From the NCBI GenBank assembly GCA_002633005.1, contig NMRA01001002.1, positions 1 through 64,000 of the forward strand: a stretch of DNA of 64,000 bases, written 5' to 3'. Positions within the stretch are counted from its first letter, which is position 1. Each line of letters opens with the position of its first letter. Below are positions 12,301 through 25,100 of the stretch, in pieces. This stretch comes from Phoronis australis. Lineage: Eukaryota; Animalia; Phoronida. The position numbers and the translations under genes were made by a program. The notes beneath the pieces were generated by a model. That model saw nothing but the letters and a program-made list of their open reading frames with translations. It was not told where the DNA came from and ran no database searches.

Positions 12301-13653
12301 AGAAGTTGGCGCCGAAAGCCCACTGTGTCACCTTAACCACTGAACGTAACTTACGGTGCGCAGGCGTTAGAGTCACATGGAAAAAGGTGCTTGGCTGCGC
12401 CTACGTGCGCCTATGCCCTACTACATCACTGGATATATATTTCGCTAACTGGAACCTTTAATTGTTACTCAGCTGATGCTTACTTTCACGTTGACGTAAA
12501 ATTGCGAAACCCATGTTTGTTACTGTAACGTGAATCCACACGCGCAATTGTGTGCGCGTCATAATTCACGTTCACGTCACTTAGCCAAACATCTTTATCG
12601 CATGTTTACACGTTAACCAAAACATGTACATTTGCGTCTGTTCAAAGAGACACTGTGAAATGGTCAAAAATCGGAAGAGATTCCTAGCGTAGGTGCAAAA
12701 TACTTGTCAAGTGTGCTACCACTACATGTACAAGTAACAAAATTCGGCAATTCCATTAGGCACTATCGTTTTAACCTGGTATATTTCTCTTCATTTTCTT
12801 TGTATAGGAGCTTGATCAAACTGGTTTGACCTTGTAGACGTCCAACGCAATGTTTACTGAGGCTTCGTGGCGATCGTTGCCAAAATCATTCTATTGCACT
12901 ATCCAGAAAACTGATAGCATGGAATATAAATTCGTACCTCCGACATAGAATTTCGAGAAATGTTTCGTTTCTTTATGGCAATTGTTGTTAAAGTCAACCT
13001 ACTTCAATATCCACAAAACTGATAGCATGGAAGCTAAATTCGTTCCGCCGATATAAAATTTCAAAAAAAATCAGTTTGATAAGAATAAACAAACTGTTAC
13101 ATGAACGGTAAGCTACAACCTATTGAAAGGCTTTATTATTGTTAATTGTATTACAAAGCCTCATCGATTTGCGTTTCAAAAAATTTTATAAAAAATTGCC
13201 ACAAAGGCGAATGCGGGATATGTGATGTCTATTCTTTAATCAGTGTTCATCATGCCTCCTAGCTTGCTGTTACAATCAAAAAGTATATCATGCTTGATAA
13301 CCGTCATTTGCTTTGAGTACACATGTAACGTGAAAACTGTAATGGCCCTGTCGTGCATAACGATTCCATTCAAGTTATTGTGAAAAACTAGCTTGAAAAC
13401 CTAGATTATGCTCATCATTATTCGAAAACTTACGGCCTTTTCATTAAGGTGGCTTTATAAAACAATGTTTAAGACTTAAACCTGGTCTTCCTAAACCTGG
13501 TCAAAGTTTAGACCTACCTGTAACTTGAATTTCACCAACATGGTTTAAAGTATGAAAGCCTGATTTTGTTAGACTAGTGGGCCGGTTTAGTAAAACCAGG
13601 TTTAACGACTCTAAGTGACCCTACTGTGTCGATCTGGATTAACCCAACAAAGC

Positions 13654-16600
13654 CATATGCGGATTTAGGGGGGCAGGGGGCCCGGGCCCCTCCCCCTTGG
13701 CTGCCCCAACAAGATGAAACGCAACAATGCGCAGCGTGAGGTAATATTTTAGTCGGTGGGCCAGATCTCATAGCGTTCATCCTTGTGAGTACTTAGGGGG
13801 GCAACCTAGTTTTTTTCTATGTGGCTAGATAATATACCTATAAATCAAATTCCAAAAAGTTCCCACGTATACACTTGCACATGTTTTTAAAGAAGGTGTT
13901 TTTGTTGCACAAAATATGATGCACATTCCTGCCACTTGGTGGTGCTTTTCTATTGAATTGACCAATCAGAGAGCCAGATTGTATTGTTGTGCTTAGTTAC
14001 TTCAATATGGCTGCTCCCATGGACTGTGATGCCTGTATTATTAAGGTTTATCAAACAGCACAAAATTGTGATGTCAGAGCCTAAAGAGGCCTAGGAAAGC
14101 TTCATGACTAAAGCTGATGGACAGTGGAACTCTGTAGATCAGTAGATCAAAAAGAAGAAGAGGTGTCACAAACGTTCGTGCAGAACTCAAGCTGCATGTC
14201 CTGGTGTAGCCTACACAGTATACTGCTGAGTGAGTGCTGTAGACTAGAAGACCATCTGTCAGACAAAAAAATTGAAAGGACATAGAACGGCATAGCAACG
14301 TTTCAAGGCACCAACAGTAGTAATAAAGCTGAAGTTGCTGAAAGTGATACAGATGTTATCCATGATTTCCCAAGAAAATCAATTATACTTCCAAAATATG
14401 AAACACCCAATTAACCTGAACAAGATAGGAACATTCTGAAACATGAGTGCATCATTTGTTAGCAGGAAAAGTATACTATGGACCATATTTCAAGAAAGAG
14501 AAAGAAGTTTAGCTCTTAAAAACAGGTACGTGTTTTTGAAAAGTACATCTTATTGTTTTCCATGTGTGTTTCAGTATTATCTGTCACCAGTTGTTTTTTT
14601 AACTTGTTCAGCACCTTGGCTGCCTAGGCCTTAGACAATACCTCTGACCCAGTAGAGACGATGATCATACCATAGGTACTCCATATGCAGCATGCTTTTC
14701 GGCAAATTATGTCCCTATAAGTTTAGAAGTACGTCGTAGAGAGATGCCTCTGAGGAGGTTGTTAATGTTTTCATTTGTTCCCAGTTTAAACAAATATTCC
14801 TGCAATCCTGTTTTTCGAGCACTCCATTGTTCAGTTGCCACATCGACACTGCTTGCGCTAAGGGATATTTCTATGGCGTTTTACTGTGGGTGTGATTTTA
14901 GAACACTTAAAGTCAAAAATTTTTGAGAAGGTTAAATGGAGTAGATGGTTGCAAACAACATGCCCAAGTGGCCGTCATACCCTGCCGTAGTCCTGGGATA
15001 GGGGGAACCTCTTCTCAATTTTTTGTAAACATTAATTACTTTGGTAGCTGCAATAATTAAATTAAAGTGCCTAAGTGGCCATCGTCGCCCTCGAAATTTG
15101 AGGACGATGAAAGCCACTGTCCATTTCGTCAAACGTTGATTACCTTAAGTGTAAATCGATTGACTATGGTTTGAACATCTAATTAAAAAAAATTAAATTT
15201 CAATCACTGTACTGGTATATCAGCTGATTTATTTTCAGTTGCATCAACTAATCTAATTATTAGACGAGATAACATTTTTAGGCTACAGATCAGACGGCAT
15301 GTAAATTTTTTAGGCTGGTGGTGGATCAGTTCTTGATAAGTTCGTCTGAAAAAGTTTCATGCCAACTCACTCATAGTTGAATGTTAAATTAGTGTTAACA
15401 GTTCGGGTTTTTTTTTCAGTTGGACTTGTATCGCAAGCAACAGCTCAGTCCAGAGCCCTGAATATGCAAATAGAATTCAAAGATAAAGACCTTGTGTCTT
15501 AGAAGCCAAGTATCACAGATCATCATGCTATAAAAATAGAAAGACAACGATTGTGAAGAGTGACGAATCCACAGTTTTCAGAGAATTGTTTTTCTACAGT
15601 TTTGTTTGGAGTCCATTGAATCAAAGCTTCTAACACAAGGAGATGTCATTTGCCTTTCAAAACAAAAGCAAGACTTTGAAGCTGTTCTTCAGAAAGCTGG
15701 TGTGCATGAAGTTATTTGGACAAGTTATCTTAAAAAATATTGTTGAAGCTACTCACTGTTGTAGTTTGTGCCCGACTAAGAGATACGAAAGTGAATTGAG
15801 GCTAGTGTTCAATAATTCACTTGCTGACTATAATTAACACAGCCCATTATAGCATATTTTGAATCAAACGTTTGCCCAAATCCTGCCCGCCTCCAAACAA
15901 GGACTTAGTGTTTGACCCTTCATTGCCTGCGGGCCAATCACCAGTGTGCAGTGCTGAACCCTCTCTAATCGACCATAGTTGGCTCCTTGGCAGTGGAGCT
16001 TAGCAGTTAAAATGTATGGCAGCCGCAATGACCGCATCTCCATTGACAGTACTAAATGATGAACGCTGCAAGTGCAAAAAGAACATGTGTGCTGGGAAAC
16101 TGAGTTTGTGCTGCAATGCTGGGTCAAACTGTACAGAAATGTGCAGCTGTGACAACTGTAGTAACATCAGCAACACTGACTGCATAACATTGGATAGTTC
16201 TTTGACAAGTCAACCCTAAATAGACATCCAACCCCGTTATTTCGTTTTTTGTATCAAAAAGTTAATTTTATTTGTTGATTAAGTCATAGAAAGTACATAC
16301 TTTGATCATTATCATGTATTTGTCTCATACTGCTTGATAAACGCTGTCAGAATAATCTATTATTTTCATACAGTCTGTGTGCACATTCACAGAGATCATT
16401 CAAATATATTGTTTTTGTACTGTAACGTATTTCTGGTGTATTATGGAAACAAGCAGTATTTTACACCATTAGTCAATGTTTTAGTCATTGAGGCACAGAT
16501 TTTTCCCAGTCTCAAGTGTTTTGTGTTATTTTTGTTGCCAGACAATGCCAGGATAACTTCCTTGTAACATTCAGACTTAGTTTGCATTTTTGCCACTAGG

Positions 16601-17171
16601 TGTCTCTTTACATTTTTTAAATTTCACTGTTTACAATTAATCTACAATAGTAAAACATGTAATGTGAGTGTAATATTGCTCAATACAATGGCACTGATGG
16701 ACCATATTACTTGTTTTACAAAAAGTCACCAAAACTGTTGTTTTTACAAATATAAGTTTACTAAGCTCTTTGATGATTATTAGGTAACTTCAAACTCAAA
16801 TTTCTCAAAAATATGCAACTTTATATGTGGGAACTTTTTAGATTTTGAAAACACTCTAAGAAATGAATTAAAAAACACCAAAATAAAATTGCCCTCCTAA
16901 AGTACTCACAAAAACCATTTTCTAGAGGCCCTACAAATTCTGGCCCACCGACTATTTAGGTCAGTGAGTAAAATCAGAGGATGAGGGGGGCTCAAGACAC
17001 CTCAGATCGCGGGAAAATTGTGTTCCCGTTTTTTTTTTATTCCACCGATAGGTTTTGCAAAGTGGAAGTGCACGTTCTAGGCCACCGCAACTTTCGGGCC
17101 GACAATTGCGCCTCAACCAATTTCTCGAGACAACATATTGCCCCCCTTATGTTATCCTAGATCCGCCACTG
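13654..17171. mobile_element. CATA(T/G)GCGGATTTAG...ATCCGCCACTG MITE, split by an Academ element
   Basis: 13654-13749 joined to 16958-17171 aligns with 3171-3467. Absent at the equivalent site near 45350. Confidence 0.75.
13750..16954 (+). mobile_element. Internally deleted AcademX-type DNA transposon
   Basis: Terminal inverted repeats TAGTCGGTGGGCCAGA / TCTGGCCCACCGACTA with further subterminal similarity, and a 3-bp TTT target duplication. Remnant motifs DKDLVS.EAKYHRS.CY (about 15480-15535), LPASKQGL...CRANHQ (frameshifted) and a C-terminal Cys-rich CXC-like cluster (16016-16219). Confidence 0.8.
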
Positions 17172-18769
17172 AAATAAACTATTGGAGTGCTCCAATGAAT
17201 CCCTGATCACTCAGGTATAACATGACACACACTATTAGAATCAGGGCAAACTATTACGAAAAAAGTCTGAAAGTTTTAAATTTCTAGTGAGGAAAAATGT
17301 AATGTTTGTGCAAAACACACATTAAAGTACATGCTCACAATTAGACGTCACATGAAAAATGCCCAAGTTTATTTCCTGGTCATTATAGTTATTATTTTTC
17401 GCGGTCAAAGGGGGAGCATGACCCCTCCCTGGCAAAAATAAATCAGCATTGGAATTGAAACTCAGTCAGAAGAATAAGAAGATGTTGTGTTCAATCAAAC
17501 CCGTAACGGTTACGACTCTGACGCTAAGCTCGACCAGTCGCATTGTGAGGAATCCACAGGACATCCAGTGCATCCAAGGGGTCTGGAAGCGCTCTTTTCC
17601 TTTGATCATAGTGATATCAAATCTATAATTTTCAAAGTATGATTTGGTCAGCCCTTTAAAAACTCCTTGACCAACACCCCTTTTAAAAATCCAGGATTCC
17701 CCTTTGCTACGTTTGACCTTGTGTCGCCGTTAAACGGAATGTTTTTCTCTAAAACTGCGTCGTACATGCACAATGCGACATCATTGAGTTGTGCATGTAC
17801 ATGTATGGGGCTAGTCTGGCTTATCTAACAGTTAAACCTGTGTCTGACCAAGTCTAAAGTTAAACTTGGTTAACGATCTTAATGTCGGGATAAAGAATAT
17901 AGACCTCGTTGGTGAAATAAATACTGACTTAAACCAGGTCTAAACTGGAGTGAAATCACATTTTACTAGACCACTGGTCTAAAAGTAAAACCACCTTTAT
18001 GACAAGCAGATTTTCTTTAAACCTCTTCTAAGTCCAAATTAAACCAGGCTGCGCTTGAAACCAATGAAATCGGCTGTTAATGTTCAGAAACCCGTGGTAT
18101 AACCGCAAGACAGTGTTCTGTAACCATAACGAGCGCTTCGGCCACAGTCAGACGTAACAATTCATAATTTTCCGTACCACATTGTAAAAATACGTATAGA
18201 ATTTCCCTCCAAATGGGACCATCCTATTTTCTCAAATTGTTTCAGGAACTGCACCTGTTTTTCACATGTCTTAAACCATGCAGGCGTCTGCAATGAATAT
18301 TAAGTTTCTTACCAAATACAATCACTCACCACTGTTGTGTGTACATGTGATGCGAAAGCGATTATTGTGTCTGCGCTCATCTTATGTTGTTATATATTCA
18401 TTACAATGATTAAAATCAGCAAATGAAAGTGTAGTACACTGTACATGTTCGCACGCAGCAGCAAGGGATGGGTTTGCTCAGTTTGAATTTTGGGTGTAAT
18501 AACAACAACACATGTTGAGACAGTAGTGCTAGGTATTACCTTTCCACTTCATTTGATCAGATAAAACTGAAACAAATTCTCTTTTATTAGATGCAATGTG
18601 TAATGCCTTTGGAGTGTTCGTGAGTGCAAATGATTTGAGAAGCCAGCAAAGAATAAGTCACTGCGTTACCGGCTTTAAGTGCAATAAACTAATTGACGGC
18701 TGATTCAAAATAATCTCACTCTTAACGTTAGTAAAACCAAGGCGATGCTGTTTGGAACTCGTTTTTACC

Positions 18770-18965
18770 ATTATTTGTCATTTAGTTATTGTCTTAATTC
18801 TCAACCTTACCTGTTTTAATTGTATCTTTGTTACGATATTTCATTGTTGTTTTATTACTTCATTGTATTATATTACTGTTTTTCTTGTTGAGGGCCCTCT
18901 TGGAAAGCAGTGCTATCACTGAAGAGGCCACCCTCATTTTAAATATCACAATAATAAAATAAAAT
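18770..18965 (+). repeat. Probable 3' tail of a LINE or SINE
   Basis: T-rich tract, hairpin gagggccctct...agaggccaccctc, then an aataataaaataaaa tail. Confidence 0.4.
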
Positions 18966-20637
18966 ACACCGAGGTCGTGTGAGCTCATGCTAATTTAGTG
19001 TTTGCTGGCAGAAACTGTTGTGATAGAGGAATCTTTATATACATTTGCATTACCCAAATACATGTAATGATTGTCAATGGTCATGTACAACTTCTGCCCT
19101 GACGGTGCTGTGGCCAAAGCGGAACCCGAATTCGCGGCCCCCGACGAGTAAGTAGATTTGCAGAAAACTCCTGCCATACGGACCTTATTGGCCTGGCGTA
19201 CTTTATAGGCTACTGTGTGTCCAAATACCAATAGATCCGTAAGAGCGAAATAAAACAACACGTTTTTATAAGAACCCGGTGTATTTTTAAGGGTTTTACA
19301 TCGAAGTTTGAGGATTTATAGACGTTAGACGATGACTTCAAGCGATAAGCTGACACCAGTACCCTGTGTTGTGAACTGCTAAACAGACTGCCTGTGAAAC
19401 CGATGACGTCATTGGATAATTTCAGCACCTCTGTCTGCCCTCAGGTGTCGGGTAACGGAAACTTACGTGTCGTTATGGAGTAGAGCTACTCGATCTAAAT
19501 TGATACAAATTAGATTGTTTTTTGGGTGGCATGCTCCTTTAAATTGACACAAAACCTACGACACCATTAGGCCAGTAGTAGCACAACTGCTAATGATAAT
19601 ATAGTATACCGTATACATGACGGGTCGTGTGCGTTATGTTGACTTGCGCGATATGCAGATGACGTATGCAACGTGTGTGTTCATGACGCCATCTGCAAAC
19701 GGGCTGCATGTTCGTGGATCAGCACCAGAAGCGTGCACGAGGTAAGTAGACTGAACTTTCGCCGAATTCCTTTTACTGACAATGCAACATAATACTCTCT
19801 GCTTTAGTTATCAGTACAGTGAATACTTCTGAATTAGTACCGTAATTGTGCTGATCACGATTGCGCAGTTTGAACAACTGTTCGCCAGCACAAAGTTGTT
19901 AATGTAGGTGATGTCACTGAAAAAAATTCAGATTCTGCCTTCTCTTGTCTTGTTTATTTGCTCGAACCCGAATTTGAATCTGGCCTGCATTGGAACGGCT
20001 TTATCACTCTAACACAGGAATTAGTTTCTAGGCCGAACTGTAATAAGCAATTTCTGTAGTTTCTTTGGTCGTGGATATTGTGTGTGTAAGTGTCCAGGAT
20101 TTCTTATGAATAAGTATTGAGATGGAACTTTTATACGAAATTGAGTTTTGACCAGGGGATACTCTCCTACATTTTTAATTGATTTTATTTCGTTTCTTGG
20201 TGGGTTTAGGCACTGGTATTATGCTTATTTTTTAATGTTTTTATCAACTGGCCAGGCCACTTGGATGGCTTGGTTCCGGCTGGTTTCAACTTTTTTCTGT
20301 GTAGCTATTTCTATTTGTATGATTTACTTCGTTAATTAGACTATACAAATGAGCTTAAACTATGAACACTTGGACAAGTTGCTTTCTGAGATCGGCTCTT
20401 CTCTGATAAGAAATATTCAAGAATCTTGTGCTCAGGGAAGACCGACTTTAAGGACAAGATAGCCAGTATTGTCAGTTAAAGTGGTTCGTTGTGCAGAACG
20501 CCCGTCGTCTGAGTGTTCCTGAGATGAATGTTGCTGACACCCCGTCTTTTCCAAGGGAAGATAAGAAAATAGTACATCTGTTAAAAGTCTGCAATAGCAG
20601 TTTTCGTTCGATCATCACGAAATTAACACATAACACG

Positions 20638-21640
20638 TAGTTCCGGAAGTACTGGAAGCCTATTTTTGTTCGTTTTACTCGGATCTAATATAGCGGCTCT
20701 GGCGGCCATTTTGTTTTCATTTTAAGATTCAAAGTCTTATGTAGGCTACATTTTTACGTACACGGCTGAAAATCGGCACAGTCATTGGAGTGAATGTGCC
20801 CTAAAATTATCTTGGAAATTGTTTGCTTTCGTTCAAAGATGGCGGAAATATTGGCAATCACGCATGCGCACGTCTATTTCGGAAAAAAACGTTTTCTACT
20901 GTAAAGAGCCCATTAGAGTGCCAATTCCTTAAACTTTTTGCAGATGATAGTTTCTTATGACCTGCTATTATACAATGCCAAAAAACCGTAAAGTGCTACC
21001 AAGATGGCGGATCTGGAGCATGTTGACCCATTTCCAGTCCTGCTGGAGTAACATTTTAAACGGCAACAGAGAATGACGCTATTTTTTGCATGAGCATTAT
21101 TTTAAGTATACACTTTCAAATGAACTCAACAATTTTTTTCTCAAATTTACCGTTTTGATTTATTTGACTTTTAATCTCTTGCTACAACTATACCGGAAAT
21201 TGTTTACTTCCTGAAAATTAGTACGATCATTATAGCATACAAGCACTACTATTGTGCCGTAAATCTTTAATTTCGGGGCAAAGATGGCGGAAATATCGGC
21301 AATGGCGCATGCGCACCTCGATAACTGGCCGAAAACGTTCTCTCCTGTAGAGGGCGCATTGGCGAACCAATCATTTACAAACGGGTGTTTGTTGCTTTTA
21401 ATCAGCGTTTATAAAGTTGTGTTAAGCCGGAAGTGATTTTCAAGATGGCGGTCTGACGTATTTTCTTCCATTTTCGATGGATCTGCAGTCGCATTTTGAA
21501 CGGGAGAAGCAAATGACGTGCAGTTTTGCATCTGAATTCCTAAAAGTATGCTCTTTTAAAATTTTGCGATAACATATTTCTCAGCCTTACCATTTTCGAG
21601 TAATATGACTTTAAATTTCAAAAAAAAACGTAAAATTTCA
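20638..21640. repeat. Non-autonomous element with about 430-bp internal tandem units (Helitron/Helentron-like, tentative)
   Basis: 20830-21140 aligns to 21255-21620. AAGATGGCGG occurs four times (about 20856, 21001, 21281, 21442). Small hairpin ttccgg-aagta-ctggaa at the left end. Confidence 0.55.
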
Positions 21641-22149
21641 TTTGTTTCGAAATATTCATGGAATGTTGCGAAACTGCCAGGTGACATAGAGTTTTGAACG
21701 GACTTTCAGAAGGTATTTCAGTTTGTCGCTAGGACGTCTACTTTTTGAATTATTCGAGTTTCTGAAAACGCTGTTCCTTAGTTGACCGATTTTGCTGTTC
21801 GCCAAGTGTCGCTCCAGACTGTAGCCTATTTATTGATTCCTCTCATCTTGTCTAGTCACATGAGTGTTATAGAGAATAGGTGGCGTTTTCGTAGTGTTGC
21901 CACGCTTGAAGTTTGTCTCTCCCTAATTTGGTGTTTTATGCACTCGTAACCTGGTTTATGCACTTTAATTGCTATCAAGCCAGAAAGACTTTGTTTTGTG
22001 GATGTGCTCTTTGGTGAGTTAAGTCCCATGCGTGTGTCTGTTATCTGTTACTGCAAACTTTGAGATGTCGCCCTGTCATTGCTGAAAGAGCGGTCGGACA
22101 TTTTGATATTCTCGACCTACATTGATTGTGAAGCTCTTGTTATGTAATT

Positions 22150-25100
22150 GATGTCTCACCAGGCCTCCCAAGAACACTCCAACCAGTAGTAGGCCACAAA
22201 CCCGGGGTTTCACGTCTTACCTAACTCAACGGACCACTCTACGTCTGAAATTTCTAACAAGGAGCTATTGAATCTCTTGAATAATAAATTTGAGAACTTG
22301 AAATCAGATATATTTAAAGAACTAGATGCTCTGCGACAAGACTACTACGCAACACGAGAGGAAAATCGTCATCTACATGAAAAGGTGAAATACCTTGAGT
22401 TTAAATTAGACGACCTAGAGAATCGATCATGACGCGACAACTTGATCTTTCAAGGCATACCGGAGGAGAATCACGAATCGTGGGAACAGTCTGAGTCCAA
22501 AGTTACCGACTTTTTGAAGGACTGCCTGGATGTTGGTGTCATAATCGAACAGACTTGGCGGCAAACTGCAAACAATAATCGCCCGATAATCGCAAAATGG
22601 GGTATAAAGATAAAGACAAGGTTGTACAGAATAAGAAGAACAATAACACCGATATCTTCGTCACTCAGGACTTCTCCACACCTGTGAAGAAGGCGAGGCG
22701 GCGTCTGTGTGAATTCTCACGTGGTAAGAACTGGACAAATGCAAAGATTAGGTACGACAAATTAATATATCAAGGTTGTGTTTATGTGTACAATGTGGAG
22801 TTAGATGAGGTGACGGAGCACAAGCCCATGGTTATGGTTTCTGGACAACCCCCGGAAACTGGTGTTTACGGATCTGAAGTGAATGGTGCAGCAGCTTACT
22901 AGCGGTCAGGCCATGGCCCTACACTTTCAATGATTTCTCACAAGGATTAAAAACTAAAATTGTTAGGGACGAAGTCCAAATGTACTTATCTACTTACGAC
23001 ATCATTCGTATCTGTGAAACATTGGCAAAACGCTCAGATCAATTTGAGCTGTCAGGCTATGACTCGTTTAATCTATGTTATAATAAGAAAAAAAGAAAAG
23101 GTAGATACTCTGGAGACGTTAGTATTTTCATTAAACATTCAATTTCTAAACATTTCATACGCATACATTCACAGTTTTCCTTTGGTATCTGTTTGAAATA
23201 TGAGAGGGAACTATTTGGCGTTGTTCAGGATGTTTGATGTTCTTTTTTATTTACCCCCTGAAGGTTCAAGTTCATATTTTAATGGCACAGGTTCACTAGA
23301 GAACAGCGGTGTATCATTGTTGCCTAGAGAGATTACCAACTTGACTGTTCGTTTCAGTGATTGCTCGTTGGCTATTGTGGGCGATCTCAATGCCAGAACA
23401 GGGAATATGGTAGACTTCATTTTAGATGATAGCCCAAGATATTTGTCATGCCAAGACTGGTATGAAGCGGATACATTTAATTTGCATAGGGATTCTAAAA
23501 CTCCCATTGAGTTATGTCTCGAACTTAGTATACATATTGTCAGCGGTCGTTTCCCCGGTGACAATAGGGGTGAGTTTACCTGTCTCTCGGGAGGTGGACG
23601 TAGTTTAGTGGATTATGTATCATTATCTACACAACTGTTTGCCTTAGTAGAGGAGTTTTTTGTGGATGAATGGGATGAATCGGATCATCTACCAGTTATT
23701 TGTAAGTTTAGGTGTTGCAGGTCAGAGATCAACCCTCCTATGGTTCCATTCTTACACCCGCATAGCCGAATTCAGTAGGAATGCTCTAATGCACAAGCAT
23801 TCTCTCATGTTTTTTTAACTGGTGCTGAGAATTGTACGGCGGCCGTGGATAGCTCGGTGGCTATTGGCAATCTAGATAATGCGGTCAGATCCATAACAGA
23901 TTTGCTGGGGCAGTCGGCCGTATCAACCATGAAAACTCGTACATCTACGAATAATAAGACTAAAGTAAATCCAAACTCTCGGACAAAGCAGCCACCCTGG
24001 TGGGATGATGAATTGGCTTCGGCCAAACGAGCAAAAATATGGTCTTTAAAACTGTTTCGTAAAGCTCTTCTATCTTTTACCTTAACGTGTACAAAGTAAA
24101 AAAGAAAACTATCCGTGATCTCTTTAAACAGAAAGAGAAAGCACATGAAGCCCGACTTATTGAAGCCATTAAACGGTCCAAAAATAACCCTAAGGAGTTC
24201 TGGCAAATAATTAAATCCAATGTTTGGACATCCCATAAGTCTCCTACAATTAGTCCGCAGAAATGGCTCGCTACTTTAAAGAGTTCCCACCATGCATTTT
24301 CTTACTTTGTCAGGTTTCAGTTGGCTAATATAAATCGAATACCATAAAATTTTGCTAAACAGGCACTTTTTATGCCAAATAGTGGCAACTTTTTTAATTT
24401 TGAAGAAAAATTACTTATTTCTAAGTTTCCTGCCAAATGATGCAATGGGTGGAAGGCGGTTGGCCGCTTGACAATCATTTGAAATGTCGGAACACTGCAG
24501 GTCAGAAGGCAATGACAATATTAGGCGAGAATTGGACAATTATTATGCAGACTGAGAGGAGAGTGGATACGGGCACTTATACTCAAGTACTTGAAGAATC
24601 ACTGCAGACAATGAATTCGATTTCCCATTTAGCGAACTTTCGTCGGGTTTCAGGCTGTATGAACTAGACCCACTTGCACGAGAAATGACATATGTTTGCC
24701 ACAACCAACTCTACCAAGTGGTGGTCGCTACTCACAAAATAGACACTTAATAAATACTGACAAAGGCCACAGCCAACCTGGGTTACTCGTATTCACTATT
24801 GCCGTGATGGAATGAGCACAGTCTAAACACAGTATGCATAAGCCTACTTGTAGTAGCACTCGATCTGGGTCGGGGTCCAGGGCCTGGCATCACTCGCCCT
24901 AGAATGGAAACAGTTCGTTATTTACAAAAATTGCAAATGCACTTACTTGGTGGTGAGTCTGTAACGCCGCTTATGTGTGTGGTCGAAACACGATTCTTTG
25001 AAATATGCCGATCAAAGTGTGGCTTACGCCAAACTGAATCTCATGTTCCACACTGACACTCCACATTCTTGTGCGCCGCCCATGACAAACCGATGCCATT

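Larger units (their letters stand above)
13433..18076. mobile_element. Harbinger/PIF-like MITE (about 1.1 kb core) carrying nested insertions
   Basis: Ends CGGCCTTTTCAT / ATGAAATCGGCTG, with TTA on both flanks. Internal AAACCAGGTTT-like palindromic repeats. Confidence 0.8.
13058..18345. repeat. Third, partial copy of the duplicated unit (intron-1 segment), expanded by nested insertions
   Basis: 13058-13650 aligns to 44760-45350, 17172-18300 to 45350-46560, and 18301-18345 to 47688-47735. Confidence 0.85.

Noticed and set aside
12898-13065. Two copies of an approximately 60-bp direct repeat
   Set aside because: An ordinary local duplication at the edge of the third copy, with no functional signal.
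16016-16219. Metallothionein or tesmin-like host gene
   Set aside because: It lies inside Academ terminal repeats, directly after transposase motifs, so it is the element's Cys-rich tail.
23247-24236. Minus-strand ORFs of 105 and 143 aa
   Set aside because: Antisense shadows of LINE ORF2.
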